Assembly: GCA_030141605.1 (NCBI GenBank)
Contig: JAQGDQ010000779.1
Coordinates: 1 to 35,871, forward strand
Length of the DNA: 35,871 nt
Direction: 5' to 3'
Origin: Tubiluchus corallicola
Lineage: Eukaryota > Animalia > Priapulida
Program-made: the position numbers and the translations under genes
Notes under the pieces: generated by a model
What the model saw: only the letters and a program-made list of their open reading frames with translations
Database searches by the model: none
What the model was told of the DNA's origin: nothing
Part shown: one piece after another, positions 18,141 to 28,357 of the stretch
Numbering within the stretch: position 1 is the stretch's first letter
Layout of the letters: each line of letters starts with the position of its first letter

Positions 18141-19688
18141 ATGAAAAAATATAAAACACTATTAATAAAAACACTACTCATAATATCCACTATTGCCCTT
18201 GCATCCTGTGGAAAAAACTTTTTAGATATAACACCAAAAGACAAAATAACAGAAGATATGTTCTGGCAGACAGAAGATGATGCATACTTCTCTCTCTATG
18301 GTGTGTATGCTGTAATACGTGAAGACTATGTATTAGGCTATGGAGGTGGATACGACGCCTGTACTCCCAATGCTCACCAATGGGCATGGTGGGAAGGGAA
18401 ACAGATGCAAATAGGAAATGGCAGTATACAATCTGCTGATGGATACATTGTTGAAGGTAGGTGGAGAGAATGTTATAAAGGAATAAACCGGGCAAACTAC
18501 TTTCTAAACAATATAGAGCATGTAGCAATGGAATCATCGGAGAAAGAGCTCTTAAAGGGCGAAATATACTTTCTGCGCGGACTATTCTACTCTATACTGG
18601 CAGAAACTTATGGGGGGGTACCAATTATACATCAATCTTTATCCATAGAAGAGGCACGCAGTATTAAAAGAAACACTATAGAAGAGACATGGGATCAGGT
18701 ACACTCCGACTATAACGCAGCTATAGATAGGCTAAATGAAGATGCCCCTATTGTAGGAAGAGCAACCCTAGGTGCTGCCTATGGAATGAAAATGCGGGCA
18801 TACTTAATTAAATCCGACTGGGAAGGTGTGCTATCAATGGTTGAAAAAATCGAAGAGTTAGGAAAATATGGGCTATTTGAATCATACCACGGACTATTTC
18901 AGCTGGAAAATGAAAACAACAAAGAGGTGCTGTTTGACATACAATTTATGGATGGCCCATTCTCTCAGGGGAGCGCCTTTGACTCTCGCTGGCAACCTCA
19001 AAACTTGAAATATGGTATCAGTGGCGCTAACTCAGTAGCCCCAATCCAGAACTTAGTAGACGCCTACGAGACGATAGACGGATCACCCATTGATCCGGAA
19101 AATCCTTATGCGAACAGGGATCCACGACTCGACTTTACCATCTTAAGACCGGGAGCATACTTTCAAGGACAACTATATCCTATTGATATACAAAACCATA
19201 ACGGACAAAAGGTAAACTACGGTATACGAAAATACACCATAGAAACACAACCAGTAAAAGAAGGTGAATCACCTCTTAACTTCATCATTCTTCGATATGC
19301 CGATGTGCTACTCTCAAAAGCAGAAGCATTAATTGAAAAAGAAAGCCCCAATGTTGATGAAGCAATTCAGTTGATTAACAAAATTCGTAATGAAAGAACA
19401 GATGTCAATATGCCAAACATCCCAACCGGGCTCTCTATAACTGATGCCAGAAAAAAACTACGACAGGAAAGGCGCATTGAATTTGCATTAGAAGGGCTAT
19501 ACTGGACAGACATAAAGCGGTGGGGAATAGGGTCTGACATCTACCCAGTACAAGTAATAGGACGTGAAGGCGAACTGGTTGACACCAAATTCCCGGATGG
19601 CTATAATAATGATAAAGACAACCTGCTTCCCATAGCGGATAGCGATATGTCGTTGAACCCGAATCTGGAACAAAACCCAAGTTACTAA
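18141..19688 (+). CDS. susD: SusD/RagB family lipoprotein
   Basis: Lipobox LASC, GEIYFLRG..Y, LRYADVLL.KAEA, ERRIEFALEG....DIKRW and NPNLEQNP.Y. Confidence 0.96.
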   Translation: MKKYKTLLIKTLLIISTIALASCGKNFLDITPKDKITEDMFWQTEDDAYFSLYGVYAVIREDYVLGYGGGYDACTPNAHQWAWWEGKQMQIGNGSIQSADGYIVEGRWRECYKGINRANYFLNNIEHVAMESSEKELLKGEIYFLRGLFYSILAETYGGVPIIHQSLSIEEARSIKRNTIEETWDQVHSDYNAAIDRLNEDAPIVGRATLGAAYGMKMRAYLIKSDWEGVLSMVEKIEELGKYGLFESYHGLFQLENENNKEVLFDIQFMDGPFSQGSAFDSRWQPQNLKYGISGANSVAPIQNLVDAYETIDGSPIDPENPYANRDPRLDFTILRPGAYFQGQLYPIDIQNHNGQKVNYGIRKYTIETQPVKEGESPLNFIILRYADVLLSKAEALIEKESPNVDEAIQLINKIRNERTDVNMPNIPTGLSITDARKKLRQERRIEFALEGLYWTDIKRWGIGSDIYPVQVIGREGELVDTKFPDGYNNDKDNLLPIADSDMSLNPNLEQNPSY

Positions 19689-20426
19689 ATGAAATTATTA
19701 AAAATAACACTAACTGTGAGGAGCAGAAGATTTCTGCTCCTCACAACCATACTGCTAATTTTCTCAACCTGTAAAACACAGCAAAAACCAGATGCCTCAA
19801 TCCTTAAATGGGAGAACGAAATTCTCGACTTTGAAAAACTTGATAAAAAAAACAACTACCCAGAAAACTCAATAATGTTCCTGGGCAGTTCATCCATTCG
19901 CTTATGGACAAGCATCGAGGAAGATATGTCCCCATACCAGGTTATCCAGCGTGGATATGGAGGTGCTAAACTATCAGACCTGGATTACTATGTAGAAAGA
20001 ATTGTACTTCCACACAAAATAAAAGCATTGGTAATATTTGTTGCCAACGATATCTCAGGCAGTAATGATGATAAAACACCAAAAGAGGTTGCCCTCCTGT
20101 ATAAGAGCATAATCAGAAAAGTACAAAAAGGACACCCTGACATACCGATCTTTCAAATCGCAATCACACCCACACGGAGTCGATGGAATGTATGGGAAAA
20201 CACACACGAAGCAAACCGGCTTCTCAAAAAATTTGCAGACAACAATAACAACTTATACTTTATTGAAACAGTCGACTCGTTTTTAAATGAGCATAAAGAA
20301 CCTCGTGACGAACTGTTTCTTGATGACAAATTGCACCTGAACAAGCAGGGGTACAAAATATGGACAGGAATCATAAAAAGAGAGCTAGACAGAAACCTTA
20401 ACAGTAAAGATGGAGGAGAACCATAA
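19689..20426 (+). CDS. SGNH/GDSL family hydrolase (putative acetylesterase), lipoprotein
   Basis: FLGSSSIRLW, RGYGG, VAND and DKLHLN blocks; FSTC lipobox-like site. Confidence 0.88.
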   Translation: MKLLKITLTVRSRRFLLLTTILLIFSTCKTQQKPDASILKWENEILDFEKLDKKNNYPENSIMFLGSSSIRLWTSIEEDMSPYQVIQRGYGGAKLSDLDYYVERIVLPHKIKALVIFVANDISGSNDDKTPKEVALLYKSIIRKVQKGHPDIPIFQIAITPTRSRWNVWENTHEANRLLKKFADNNNNLYFIETVDSFLNEHKEPRDELFLDDKLHLNKQGYKIWTGIIKRELDRNLNSKDGGEP

Positions 20427-20655
20427 AAGACTACCATAGCACCGTCGAGCCTATCGCAGTTGAACTAAATGATGACAAAGTCTAAGCATAAGAGATAGTC
20501 GGAACTACAAAACAAAAAAGCACACATACCACAAGCAAACCATAAAAATTAGCTTCGATGATAGCCTCTTCTGACCAGAAAAATACTGGATGGAGCTGAG
20601 TAAAGGAAGGCACGCAGGCTACTCGTCCGCACAGCCAATAAACAGCAACACTTGT
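20403..20655 (+). pseudogene. decayed GH33 sialidase-like (BNR/Asp-box) gene remnant
   Basis: Collinear fragments across frames: SKDGGEP* (Asp-box), TVEPIAVELNDDKV, LSIRDSRN and TIKISFDDSLF*PEKYWMELSKGRHAGYSSAQPINSNT; stops fall where Asp-box tryptophans are expected. Confidence 0.7.
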
Positions 20656-20810
20656 AAACTAAATATCAACAAAGATTTTTTTTTACCTTGTAAATTGATA
20701 CTTTCACAAAAAAGTATTCACCACTACTTTGTTGCAAATTGAATACAAATACTGCTTATCATAGAAAAAACTATTAAACTAAGCATTTAATTAATAAACA
20801 TCTAATTAAA

Positions 20811-22313
20811 ATGAAAAACTACCTGGTCGTCTCCCTTTTACTACTAATAACAGCAAGCTGTACCACCAATACAGAAAAAAACAAAACTCCCAATATTATT
20901 ATTATATATGCAGATGACCTGGGATTTGGAGATGTTAGCAGCTATGGAGCAACTGAGCTCCTCACACCAAATATTGATAAGGTGGCCAGTGAAGGGGTGC
21001 TATTCACAAATGGATACTGCACCTCTGCAACCTGTACTCCAAGCAGATACGGACTCCTTACAGGCGAATATCCGTGGAGAAACAGGAGTGCACGCATTCT
21101 GGCAGGAGACGCTCCCATGCTAATTCGCCCCGGAACAACAACTCTGCCATCACTGCTGAAAGAGGCAGGATACCGTACCGGAATTGTAGGTAAATGGCAT
21201 CTCGGACTAGGTAATGGAGATGTAAACTGGAATGAAGAGGTAAAGCCGGGACCACGCCACATAGGATTTAACTACGAATTTATTATGGCTGCAACCAACG
21301 ATAGGGTACCCACTGTATATATCGAAAATGGCTTTGTCCATGGAGTAAACCCTAACGACCCTATAGAAGTCAACTACAAAAAAAACTTCCCGGGAGAACC
21401 TACCGGAAAAGACAACCCCGAACTTCTAAAAATGATGCACAGCCATGGGCATAATAACTCTATTGTAAATGGGATTGGAAGAATCGGCTTTATGAAAGGA
21501 GGAAAATCTGCCCGGTGGATAGACGAAAACATGGCAGACACTTTTCTGGTAAAAGCGCAGCAATTTATCAAAAACAACATTGATAAACCATTCTTTCTCT
21601 ACTACGCCCTTCACCAACCACACGTGCCACGTGTTCCTCACCCACGCTTTGTCGGCACATCGGGGCTAGGACCTCGTGGTGACGTAATTGTTGAGGCCGA
21701 CTGGTGTGTGGGAGAAATAATGAAAACTCTAGATAAACTTGGAATCACTGAAAATACCATGGTAATCATATCTAGCGATAATGGCCCCGTTCTCGATGAC
21801 GGATACTACGACGACGCAGTTACAAAAATAGGGAACCATGATCCTCTAGGAGGACTACGTGGAGGCAAATACAGCCTATTTGATGGAGGAACTCATGTCC
21901 CATTTATTGTTCACTGGAAAGACAATATTAAGCCGGCAATATCAGATGCCCTGGTCTGCCAAATAGACTTCCTAGCCTCATTTGCAAGCCTCTTAAACAT
22001 CAATATCGACCCAAAAGATAGCGAAAATATTATGCCGGCTCTCATGGGTAAATCGCCCAAAGGCAGAGAAAACTTGGTGATTGAAGCAACAGGAAGAATC
22101 GCTTTTCGCTCCGGAGACTGGATGCTTATACCTCCACACAACGGAAAACCCATGACCAACAAATTTGTTAACATAGAAACAGGCAACAACAAAGCCTATC
22201 AACTATATAACATATCAGACGACACGGGACAACAAAAAAACCTGGCAAAACAGCTCCCGGAAAAAACAAAAGAACTCGCAGATCAACTAGAAGCTATAAA
22301 GAATCAAAAATAA
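20811..22313 (+). CDS. Cys-type formylglycine-dependent (S1) sulfatase, lipoprotein
   Basis: PNIIIIYADDLG, CTPSRYGLLTG, GKWHLG and SDNG; lipobox TASC. Confidence 0.95.
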   Translation: MKNYLVVSLLLLITASCTTNTEKNKTPNIIIIYADDLGFGDVSSYGATELLTPNIDKVASEGVLFTNGYCTSATCTPSRYGLLTGEYPWRNRSARILAGDAPMLIRPGTTTLPSLLKEAGYRTGIVGKWHLGLGNGDVNWNEEVKPGPRHIGFNYEFIMAATNDRVPTVYIENGFVHGVNPNDPIEVNYKKNFPGEPTGKDNPELLKMMHSHGHNNSIVNGIGRIGFMKGGKSARWIDENMADTFLVKAQQFIKNNIDKPFFLYYALHQPHVPRVPHPRFVGTSGLGPRGDVIVEADWCVGEIMKTLDKLGITENTMVIISSDNGPVLDDGYYDDAVTKIGNHDPLGGLRGGKYSLFDGGTHVPFIVHWKDNIKPAISDALVCQIDFLASFASLLNINIDPKDSENIMPALMGKSPKGRENLVIEATGRIAFRSGDWMLIPPHNGKPMTNKFVNIETGNNKAYQLYNISDDTGQQKNLAKQLPEKTKELADQLEAIKNQK

Positions 22314-22347
22314 CATCCAACAACACTCTTACTTACATAGAGTCATA

Positions 22348-23760
22348 ATGTTAACAAACATTCGATACAAATACCATGTAGTGTTATTACTAATAACTTT
22401 CCTTTTAGGTTGCTCATCGAGCACCCCCTCTCCAAACATTATCATCTTTCTGGTAGATGACCTGGGATGGCGTGACACTGGCTTTATGGGAAGCAACTAC
22501 TATGAAACTCCCAATATGGATAAACTGGCCTGGCAAGGAATGGTTTTCACAAGCGCTTACACCAATGCACCCAATTGCGCTCCCTCTCGAGCCAGCCTGA
22601 TAAGTGGACTTTACCCGCCTCACCATGAAATATACACCGTAGGAGAACCGGCACGGGGAAGCATAAAAAAAAGAAAACTAATTCCGTCACCCAATAAAGT
22701 GGTGCTTGATGGAAAATTTACAACCATTGCAGAAGTACTTAAAGAGGCCGGTTACGCAACCTGTCACATAGGAAAATGGCACCTGGGAAGCGATGAGGAC
22801 ACCAGCCCGGAAGGACAAGGATTCGATATAAACATTGCCGGAAATCACACAGGCACACCTATGGGAGGATACTTTAGCCCATATAAAAACCCTCAACTAC
22901 CCAATGGGCACAAAGGTGAATACCTAACTGATAGGTTAACCACAGAAGCAATGAAATTTATTGAATCAAACAAAAAACAGCCCTTCTTTCTGCACCTTGC
23001 TCACTATGCAGTACATACACCTATCCAGGGTAAAAAAGAATACTTCGCTAAATATGAGAAAAAACACCCGGATAGAGAACAGGATAACGTCGAATATGCA
23101 GCTATGATACAGAGCGTAGACGAAAGTCTTGGCAAACTGATGCAACAGCTGGACAGACTCAACATATCAAAAAACACAGTTATAATCTTTTTTTCCGACA
23201 ATGGAGGGGTTGGTAGTATTACCTCGTGCAAACCACTAAAAGGCTTTAAAGGAAGCTTGTATGAAGGAGGAATAAGAGTACCTTTGGTAATCAGTTGGCC
23301 AGATAAAATAAAACCAAAAACACAGTGTGACACACCCGTTATAGGAATTGACCTATACCCTACCATTATGGAACTATCAGGCATCGAGCCATCAAAGCTC
23401 GATGGCGAAAGCCTTACACCTCTGCTGCTTCAAAAAAATGATTGGAATAGGGAGTCTATCTTCTGGCACTTCCCTGCATACTTAGAGTCATATAGAGGAT
23501 GTAAATATCCTGATGAGCTCACAAAAGGATGGCGGTCAGTACCATCAGGCGCCATACGCAAGGGCAATTGGAAACTTATTGAAGACTTCGAAGACAACAC
23601 CTATAAACTATACAACCTGGAAAAAGACATATCTGAATCCAATAACCTAGCTACCCAGCTTCCTGACAAAACAAAAGAACTGCTAAAAGACCTTAAAACA
23701 TGGCAAAAAAAAGTAAATGCACACGTTCCAACAGAACGAAACACATTGTACTCACCTTAA
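22348..23760 (+). CDS. Cys-type S1 sulfatase, lipoprotein
   Basis: PNIIIFLVDDLG, CAPSRASLISG, GKWHLG, HYAVHTP and KGSLYEGGIRVP; lipobox LLGC. Confidence 0.95.
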   Translation: MLTNIRYKYHVVLLLITFLLGCSSSTPSPNIIIFLVDDLGWRDTGFMGSNYYETPNMDKLAWQGMVFTSAYTNAPNCAPSRASLISGLYPPHHEIYTVGEPARGSIKKRKLIPSPNKVVLDGKFTTIAEVLKEAGYATCHIGKWHLGSDEDTSPEGQGFDINIAGNHTGTPMGGYFSPYKNPQLPNGHKGEYLTDRLTTEAMKFIESNKKQPFFLHLAHYAVHTPIQGKKEYFAKYEKKHPDREQDNVEYAAMIQSVDESLGKLMQQLDRLNISKNTVIIFFSDNGGVGSITSCKPLKGFKGSLYEGGIRVPLVISWPDKIKPKTQCDTPVIGIDLYPTIMELSGIEPSKLDGESLTPLLLQKNDWNRESIFWHFPAYLESYRGCKYPDELTKGWRSVPSGAIRKGNWKLIEDFEDNTYKLYNLEKDISESNNLATQLPDKTKELLKDLKTWQKKVNAHVPTERNTLYSP

Positions 23761-23781
23761 AATAAATTAAATACAGCAATT

Positions 23782-25317
23782 ATGAAAAAATTCATGATAA
23801 TAATATTACTAAGTGTATGTGTGTATGGATGCTCAAACTCCGGCACCAAAACATCTAAACAACCAAACATCATAATGTTTTTGATTGATGATATGGGCTG
23901 GCAAGACACCTCAGTACCTCTCTGGAATAAAAAAACAGCACTGAATGAACAATTTCACACTCCGGGGATGGAAAAACTTGCCGAACAAGGGATGAAATTC
24001 TCTCAAGCCTACGCCTGTGCTGTATGCTCTCCCACACGGGTTAGCCTGATGACAGGCATGAATGCTGCACGCCATCGTGTAACAAACTGGACACTCAGAT
24101 ACAATAAATCAAATGACAAAAAGGACGATAAATTAAACTTTCCAATATGGAATGTAAATGGGCTACAACCAGTTGACGATATTGAAAACTCCGTATACGC
24201 AACCACACTTCCGGAGCTGTTAAAACAAAACGGCTACTTTACTATTCACTGCGGGAAAGCACACTTTGGTGCTATTGGAACCCCCGGAGCCAACCCTTCA
24301 AACCTGGGCTTTGATATAAATATTGCCGGACACGCAGCAGGAGCACCTGCCAGCTATCAGGGAACAGACAGATACGGAAATGATGAAAACGGAGCTCCCA
24401 AAAGCGTTTGGTCTGTGCCTCACCTTAAAAAATATCATGGCAAAAACATATACCTGACTGAAGCTCTGACACTAGAAACTATTAACTCTCTAAACACAGC
24501 AATCACCAAAAAGAAACCGTTCTACCTATACATGTCCCACTATGCAGTACATACACCAATTCAACCGGACTCTCGCTTCTATCAAAAATATAAAGACAAG
24601 GGGCTAAATGATACTGAAGCAAAATATGCTTCAATGGTGGAAGGAATGGATAAAAGCCTTGTCGACTTGATGTCATGGCTAGATGAAAAAGGAATAGCAG
24701 ACAATACAATCATACTATTTATGTCTGACAATGGTGGATTAAGCGCACATGGACGAGGAGGAGACAGACACACTCACAACTATCCGCTAAACAGCGGTAA
24801 AGGCTCTGCTTATGAGGGAGGAGTACGTGTACCTATGATTGTGAAGTGGCCGGGAATAGTTAAACCGGGAACAAAATGTAGCGACTATCTTATCATTGAA
24901 GACTTCTTTTCAACAATCCTAGAAATGGCAGATATAAAAAACCCAAAAACAGTTCAAACAGTAGATGGGAAAAGCTTCGTACCTATGCTGAAGCAGAAAA
25001 AGATAAAGGCAGAAGGACGTGATATCTTTTGGCACTACCCCAATAAATGGGGAGGAAAAGGCCCTGGTATCGGCACAACAAGTACCATACGCAGTGGTAA
25101 CTGGAAACTTATATACTGGTATAAAAACCAACAACTTGAGCTCTACAATATATATGAAGATATTGGTGAAACTAACAATGTAGCACAACAATTTCCACAA
25201 AAAGTACAAGAATTAGCCGGACGACTGGGGAAACACCTTCGCAAAATGAATGCACAACGCCCGACTTATATTGAAGATGACAGCTTTGCACCCTGGCCTG
25301 ACGAAGCAATAAAATAA
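23782..25317 (+). CDS. Cys-type S1 sulfatase, lipoprotein
   Basis: PNIIMFLIDDMG, CSPTRVSLMTG, GKAHFG, HYAVHTP and KGSAYEGGVRVP; lipobox VYGC. Confidence 0.95.
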   Translation: MKKFMIIILLSVCVYGCSNSGTKTSKQPNIIMFLIDDMGWQDTSVPLWNKKTALNEQFHTPGMEKLAEQGMKFSQAYACAVCSPTRVSLMTGMNAARHRVTNWTLRYNKSNDKKDDKLNFPIWNVNGLQPVDDIENSVYATTLPELLKQNGYFTIHCGKAHFGAIGTPGANPSNLGFDINIAGHAAGAPASYQGTDRYGNDENGAPKSVWSVPHLKKYHGKNIYLTEALTLETINSLNTAITKKKPFYLYMSHYAVHTPIQPDSRFYQKYKDKGLNDTEAKYASMVEGMDKSLVDLMSWLDEKGIADNTIILFMSDNGGLSAHGRGGDRHTHNYPLNSGKGSAYEGGVRVPMIVKWPGIVKPGTKCSDYLIIEDFFSTILEMADIKNPKTVQTVDGKSFVPMLKQKKIKAEGRDIFWHYPNKWGGKGPGIGTTSTIRSGNWKLIYWYKNQQLELYNIYEDIGETNNVAQQFPQKVQELAGRLGKHLRKMNAQRPTYIEDDSFAPWPDEAIK

Positions 25318-25348
25318 CACACTTAAAACCATCAAACCCATAACAAAT

Positions 25349-26209
25349 ATGAAAAGCTTTAAAGTTATTGGAATAGGTGAAATTCTCTGGGATCTACTAC
25401 CTGAAGGGAAAAGCTTGGGAGGCGCACCTGCAAACTTTATTTTTCACGCACAACAACATGGTGCACAAGGTATTGTAATAAGTGCAATCGGCAATGATGA
25501 GCTGGGGAATGAAATAAAAAAAGAACTTAACAAAAAAAACATTGAAAGCAGGCTGTCTCTGTCCAATATGCCAACAGGTACTGTAACAGTTAAACTGAAT
25601 AATGGCTCACCCTCCTATACCATAAATGAAAATGTTGCATGGGACAACATTACCCTCTCACCCTCTGCAAAAGCATCTCTAGAAAATACAGATGCTGTAT
25701 GCTTTGGCTCTCTGGCACAGCGCTGCAAAACATCCCGACAAGCTATCAGGAATGCACTTGAAATAGTCCCGGAACACTGCCTGAAAATTTTTGACATCAA
25801 TATACGGCAAACATTTTACTCCAAAGAAACCATTGAAAAATCGCTTAAATATGCGAACATACTTAAAATAAATGATGAAGAACTGGAACTGCTTATCGAA
25901 ATATTTCAGCAAAAAAAATCTGAAAATGACATATGCCAAAATCTCATCGAAAAATACAACCTGAAACTATTGGCCCTGACCAAAGGCTCAAAAGAAAGTG
26001 TCCTTTACACACCCAAAGAACAATCACGCATAAAAAGCCCAAAAGTTACGGTTGTAGATACCGTTGGCGCAGGCGACTCATTTACAGCAACAATGATAAT
26101 GGGACTACTCCACAAAAAACCTTTAAAACAGCTGCATGAAAAAGCGGTGAAAACATCTGCCTTCGTCTGTACTCAAAAAGGGGCTGTACCACCACACATA
26201 GCCGTCTAA
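25349..26209 (+). CDS. PfkB family carbohydrate kinase (fructokinase-like)
   Basis: GEILWD, GGAPAN, FDINIR and VVDTVGAGDSF. Confidence 0.92.
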   Translation: MKSFKVIGIGEILWDLLPEGKSLGGAPANFIFHAQQHGAQGIVISAIGNDELGNEIKKELNKKNIESRLSLSNMPTGTVTVKLNNGSPSYTINENVAWDNITLSPSAKASLENTDAVCFGSLAQRCKTSRQAIRNALEIVPEHCLKIFDINIRQTFYSKETIEKSLKYANILKINDEELELLIEIFQQKKSENDICQNLIEKYNLKLLALTKGSKESVLYTPKEQSRIKSPKVTVVDTVGAGDSFTATMIMGLLHKKPLKQLHEKAVKTSAFVCTQKGAVPPHIAV

Positions 26210-26230
26210 ACTTCACAAAAACAACCGACT

Positions 26231-27424
26231 TCAACAAGACAACCCCGCAAAAAGCCCCTCCAGCTGAGCCAAACCCTTCATCCTGCCAAGCAATGGATAG
26301 CCGGGGTTGCTATCCATCTTAAAATCATACAACATTTTCACACCGTGATCCGGCCTTACAGGTATACGAAAACACTTATCTCCATTCACCCTACGCTTCT
26401 CCTGCTCCTCTACTACCGCCTTGACCACAGACGGCATATCAATATCCCCGCTCAGGTGCCCTGTCTCACAAAACGAACCACTAACCAGGCGTTTCGTATT
26501 TCGCAAATGAATAAAATGTATACGACTGCCAAAGCTATTAATCATATCGACCAGATCATTCTCCGGACATACACCCAAAGATCCCGAACATAAAGTAACT
26601 CCATTACTATCAGAACTAACAGCATCAAGTATCCAGCGAATATCCTCACTATTTGTTACAATACGGGGCAACCCAAGCAGCGAAAACGGAGGATCATCAG
26701 GGTGGATACACATACTTACACCCGCCTCCTCAGCAACAGGAATGACTCTCTCAAGAAAGCGTTTTAAATTACATCTAAGCTGCTCCCTCCCGATCCTGTT
26801 ATAACTATCTATACGAGATAGAAAAATGCTTTTGGGATCACGCCCTTCTCCTCCAATAGTCCCGCCAATAAAACCCTGTGTCTTAACAATAATATTGTAA
26901 GCTAGCCTCTCTGCCTCCTCCACGGTGAGACTCTTGGCAATCCTCTCCGCCTCTCTTAACACACCCTTGGGATAATCGCCCTCTCCACCGGCTCTCCTCA
27001 GGACATAAAGATCAAAAGCAACAAATGTGGGAAAATCAAAACACATTGTCTCTGAGCCATCCGATAATATATACTCCAAATCAGTACGCGCCCAGTCCAG
27101 GACAGGCATAAAATTATAACAAACCGTATCAATACCGCACCTGCCCAAGTTGCGAATACTGGCGCAATAATTCTCTATTAACCTGTCACTCTCTTCATCT
27201 GCTCGCTTTATACTATCAGAAACGGGAAGGCTCTCAACAACAGCCCACTTCATCCCATACTGCTCAACCTTCCTCTTGACTCTCTCTATCTCACCACTCT
27301 CCCACACATCTCCACTAGGAATATGGTGCAAAGCAGTAACTATCCCCTCAACACCAACCTGCCTTATATCTTTAAGCGATATGGGATCTTTCTCCCCAAA
27401 CCACCTCCATGTTTTATAAAACAT
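26231..27424 (-). CDS. uxuA: mannonate dehydratase
   Basis: TWRWFG, VVESLPV, CYNFMPVLDWART, HPDDPP and RPDHG; start most likely the ATG at 27424 (MFYKTWRWFG), not 27481. Confidence 0.96.
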   Translation of the reverse strand: MFYKTWRWFGEKDPISLKDIRQVGVEGIVTALHHIPSGDVWESGEIERVKRKVEQYGMKWAVVESLPVSDSIKRADEESDRLIENYCASIRNLGRCGIDTVCYNFMPVLDWARTDLEYILSDGSETMCFDFPTFVAFDLYVLRRAGGEGDYPKGVLREAERIAKSLTVEEAERLAYNIIVKTQGFIGGTIGGEGRDPKSIFLSRIDSYNRIGREQLRCNLKRFLERVIPVAEEAGVSMCIHPDDPPFSLLGLPRIVTNSEDIRWILDAVSSDSNGVTLCSGSLGVCPENDLVDMINSFGSRIHFIHLRNTKRLVSGSFCETGHLSGDIDMPSVVKAVVEEQEKRRVNGDKCFRIPVRPDHGVKMLYDFKMDSNPGYPLLGRMKGLAQLEGLFAGLSC

Positions 27425-27483
27425 CACTACAAAATTTAACCATGCTGGATATACCACCCCTACACCTCTTTGCCGAAACAAAA

Positions 27484-28308
27484 CTAAACTCCACTAAACG
27501 AACTAAACCCTCCGTCCACAGGAATAATTACCCCTGTAATAAAGCTGGCGGCAGGAGAACACAAAAACTGCACAACACCATTCAACTCCGATATATCACC
27601 AAACCTTCCCATCGGAGTCTTTGCAATCACCCTCTCACTCCGATCAGTAAGACTGCCATCAGGATTAAGCAACACAGCACGATTCTGATCCCCAATAAAA
27701 AAACCAGGGGCAACAGCATTTACCCTCACCTTGTCTCCATACTTACGAGACATCTCTGCAGCCATCCATTTAGTAAAAATATCTACCCCACTCTTCGCCA
27801 CCGAATACCCCGGAACGCGTGTTATCGCCGAATAACTTGCCATAGAAGATATATTCACTACACTCCCCTCACCACGATTGGCCATCTCCTGCCCAAGCAC
27901 AAGCGTTGGAATAACAGTTCCATCCATATTCAGCTCTGTCACCCTCTTAAACTCCTCTATTTTCATATCAAAAACCGACTGGTCTACACCTAGGGTCCCT
28001 CCGGGAGTATTACCCCCTGCAGCATTAACCAATATATCAATCCTGCCATACACCTTCAGCACCTCCTTAACAGCGGATCTAAGCTCCGCTTCATCAAGTA
28101 CGCTCGCTACAATACCCATACACACACCCCCGCTGCCACGTATCTTCTTAACCTGCTCCTCCACCAAACTCTCGCGAATATCCAGTATGACAACACTAAC
28201 CCCGGCATTGGAAAAACCCATCGCCATATTACTCCCCAAAACACCTGCCCCTCCGGTTACTACAGCAACCTTCCCACTCAACTCAAACAATCCGTTACCA
28301 CTCCCCAT
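27484..28308 (-). CDS. uxuB: SDR family D-mannonate oxidoreductase (UxuB-type)
   Basis: TGGAGVLG, NAAGGN, YSVAK, VNAVAPGFF...QNR.LL and VDGGFS; immediately upstream of uxuA. Confidence 0.85.
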   Translation of the reverse strand: MGSGNGLFELSGKVAVVTGGAGVLGSNMAMGFSNAGVSVVILDIRESLVEEQVKKIRGSGGVCMGIVASVLDEAELRSAVKEVLKVYGRIDILVNAAGGNTPGGTLGVDQSVFDMKIEEFKRVTELNMDGTVIPTLVLGQEMANRGEGSVVNISSMASYSAITRVPGYSVAKSGVDIFTKWMAAEMSRKYGDKVRVNAVAPGFFIGDQNRAVLLNPDGSLTDRSERVIAKTPMGRFGDISELNGVVQFLCSPAASFITGVIIPVDGGFSSFSGV

Positions 28309-28357
28309 TTCTCTAATAATATATCATAAACTAACTCCTATCCAGAACTCAAAAACC

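Noticed and set aside
20572-20574. TGA recoding (Trp or Sec) in the sialidase remnant
   Set aside because: The region also has frameshifts, a TAA stop and large deletions, and other genes use TGG for Trp; decay is the simpler explanation.
27425-27481. N-terminal extension of UxuA
   Set aside because: Family homology starts at MFYKTWRWFG; the extension is an ORF-caller artefact.
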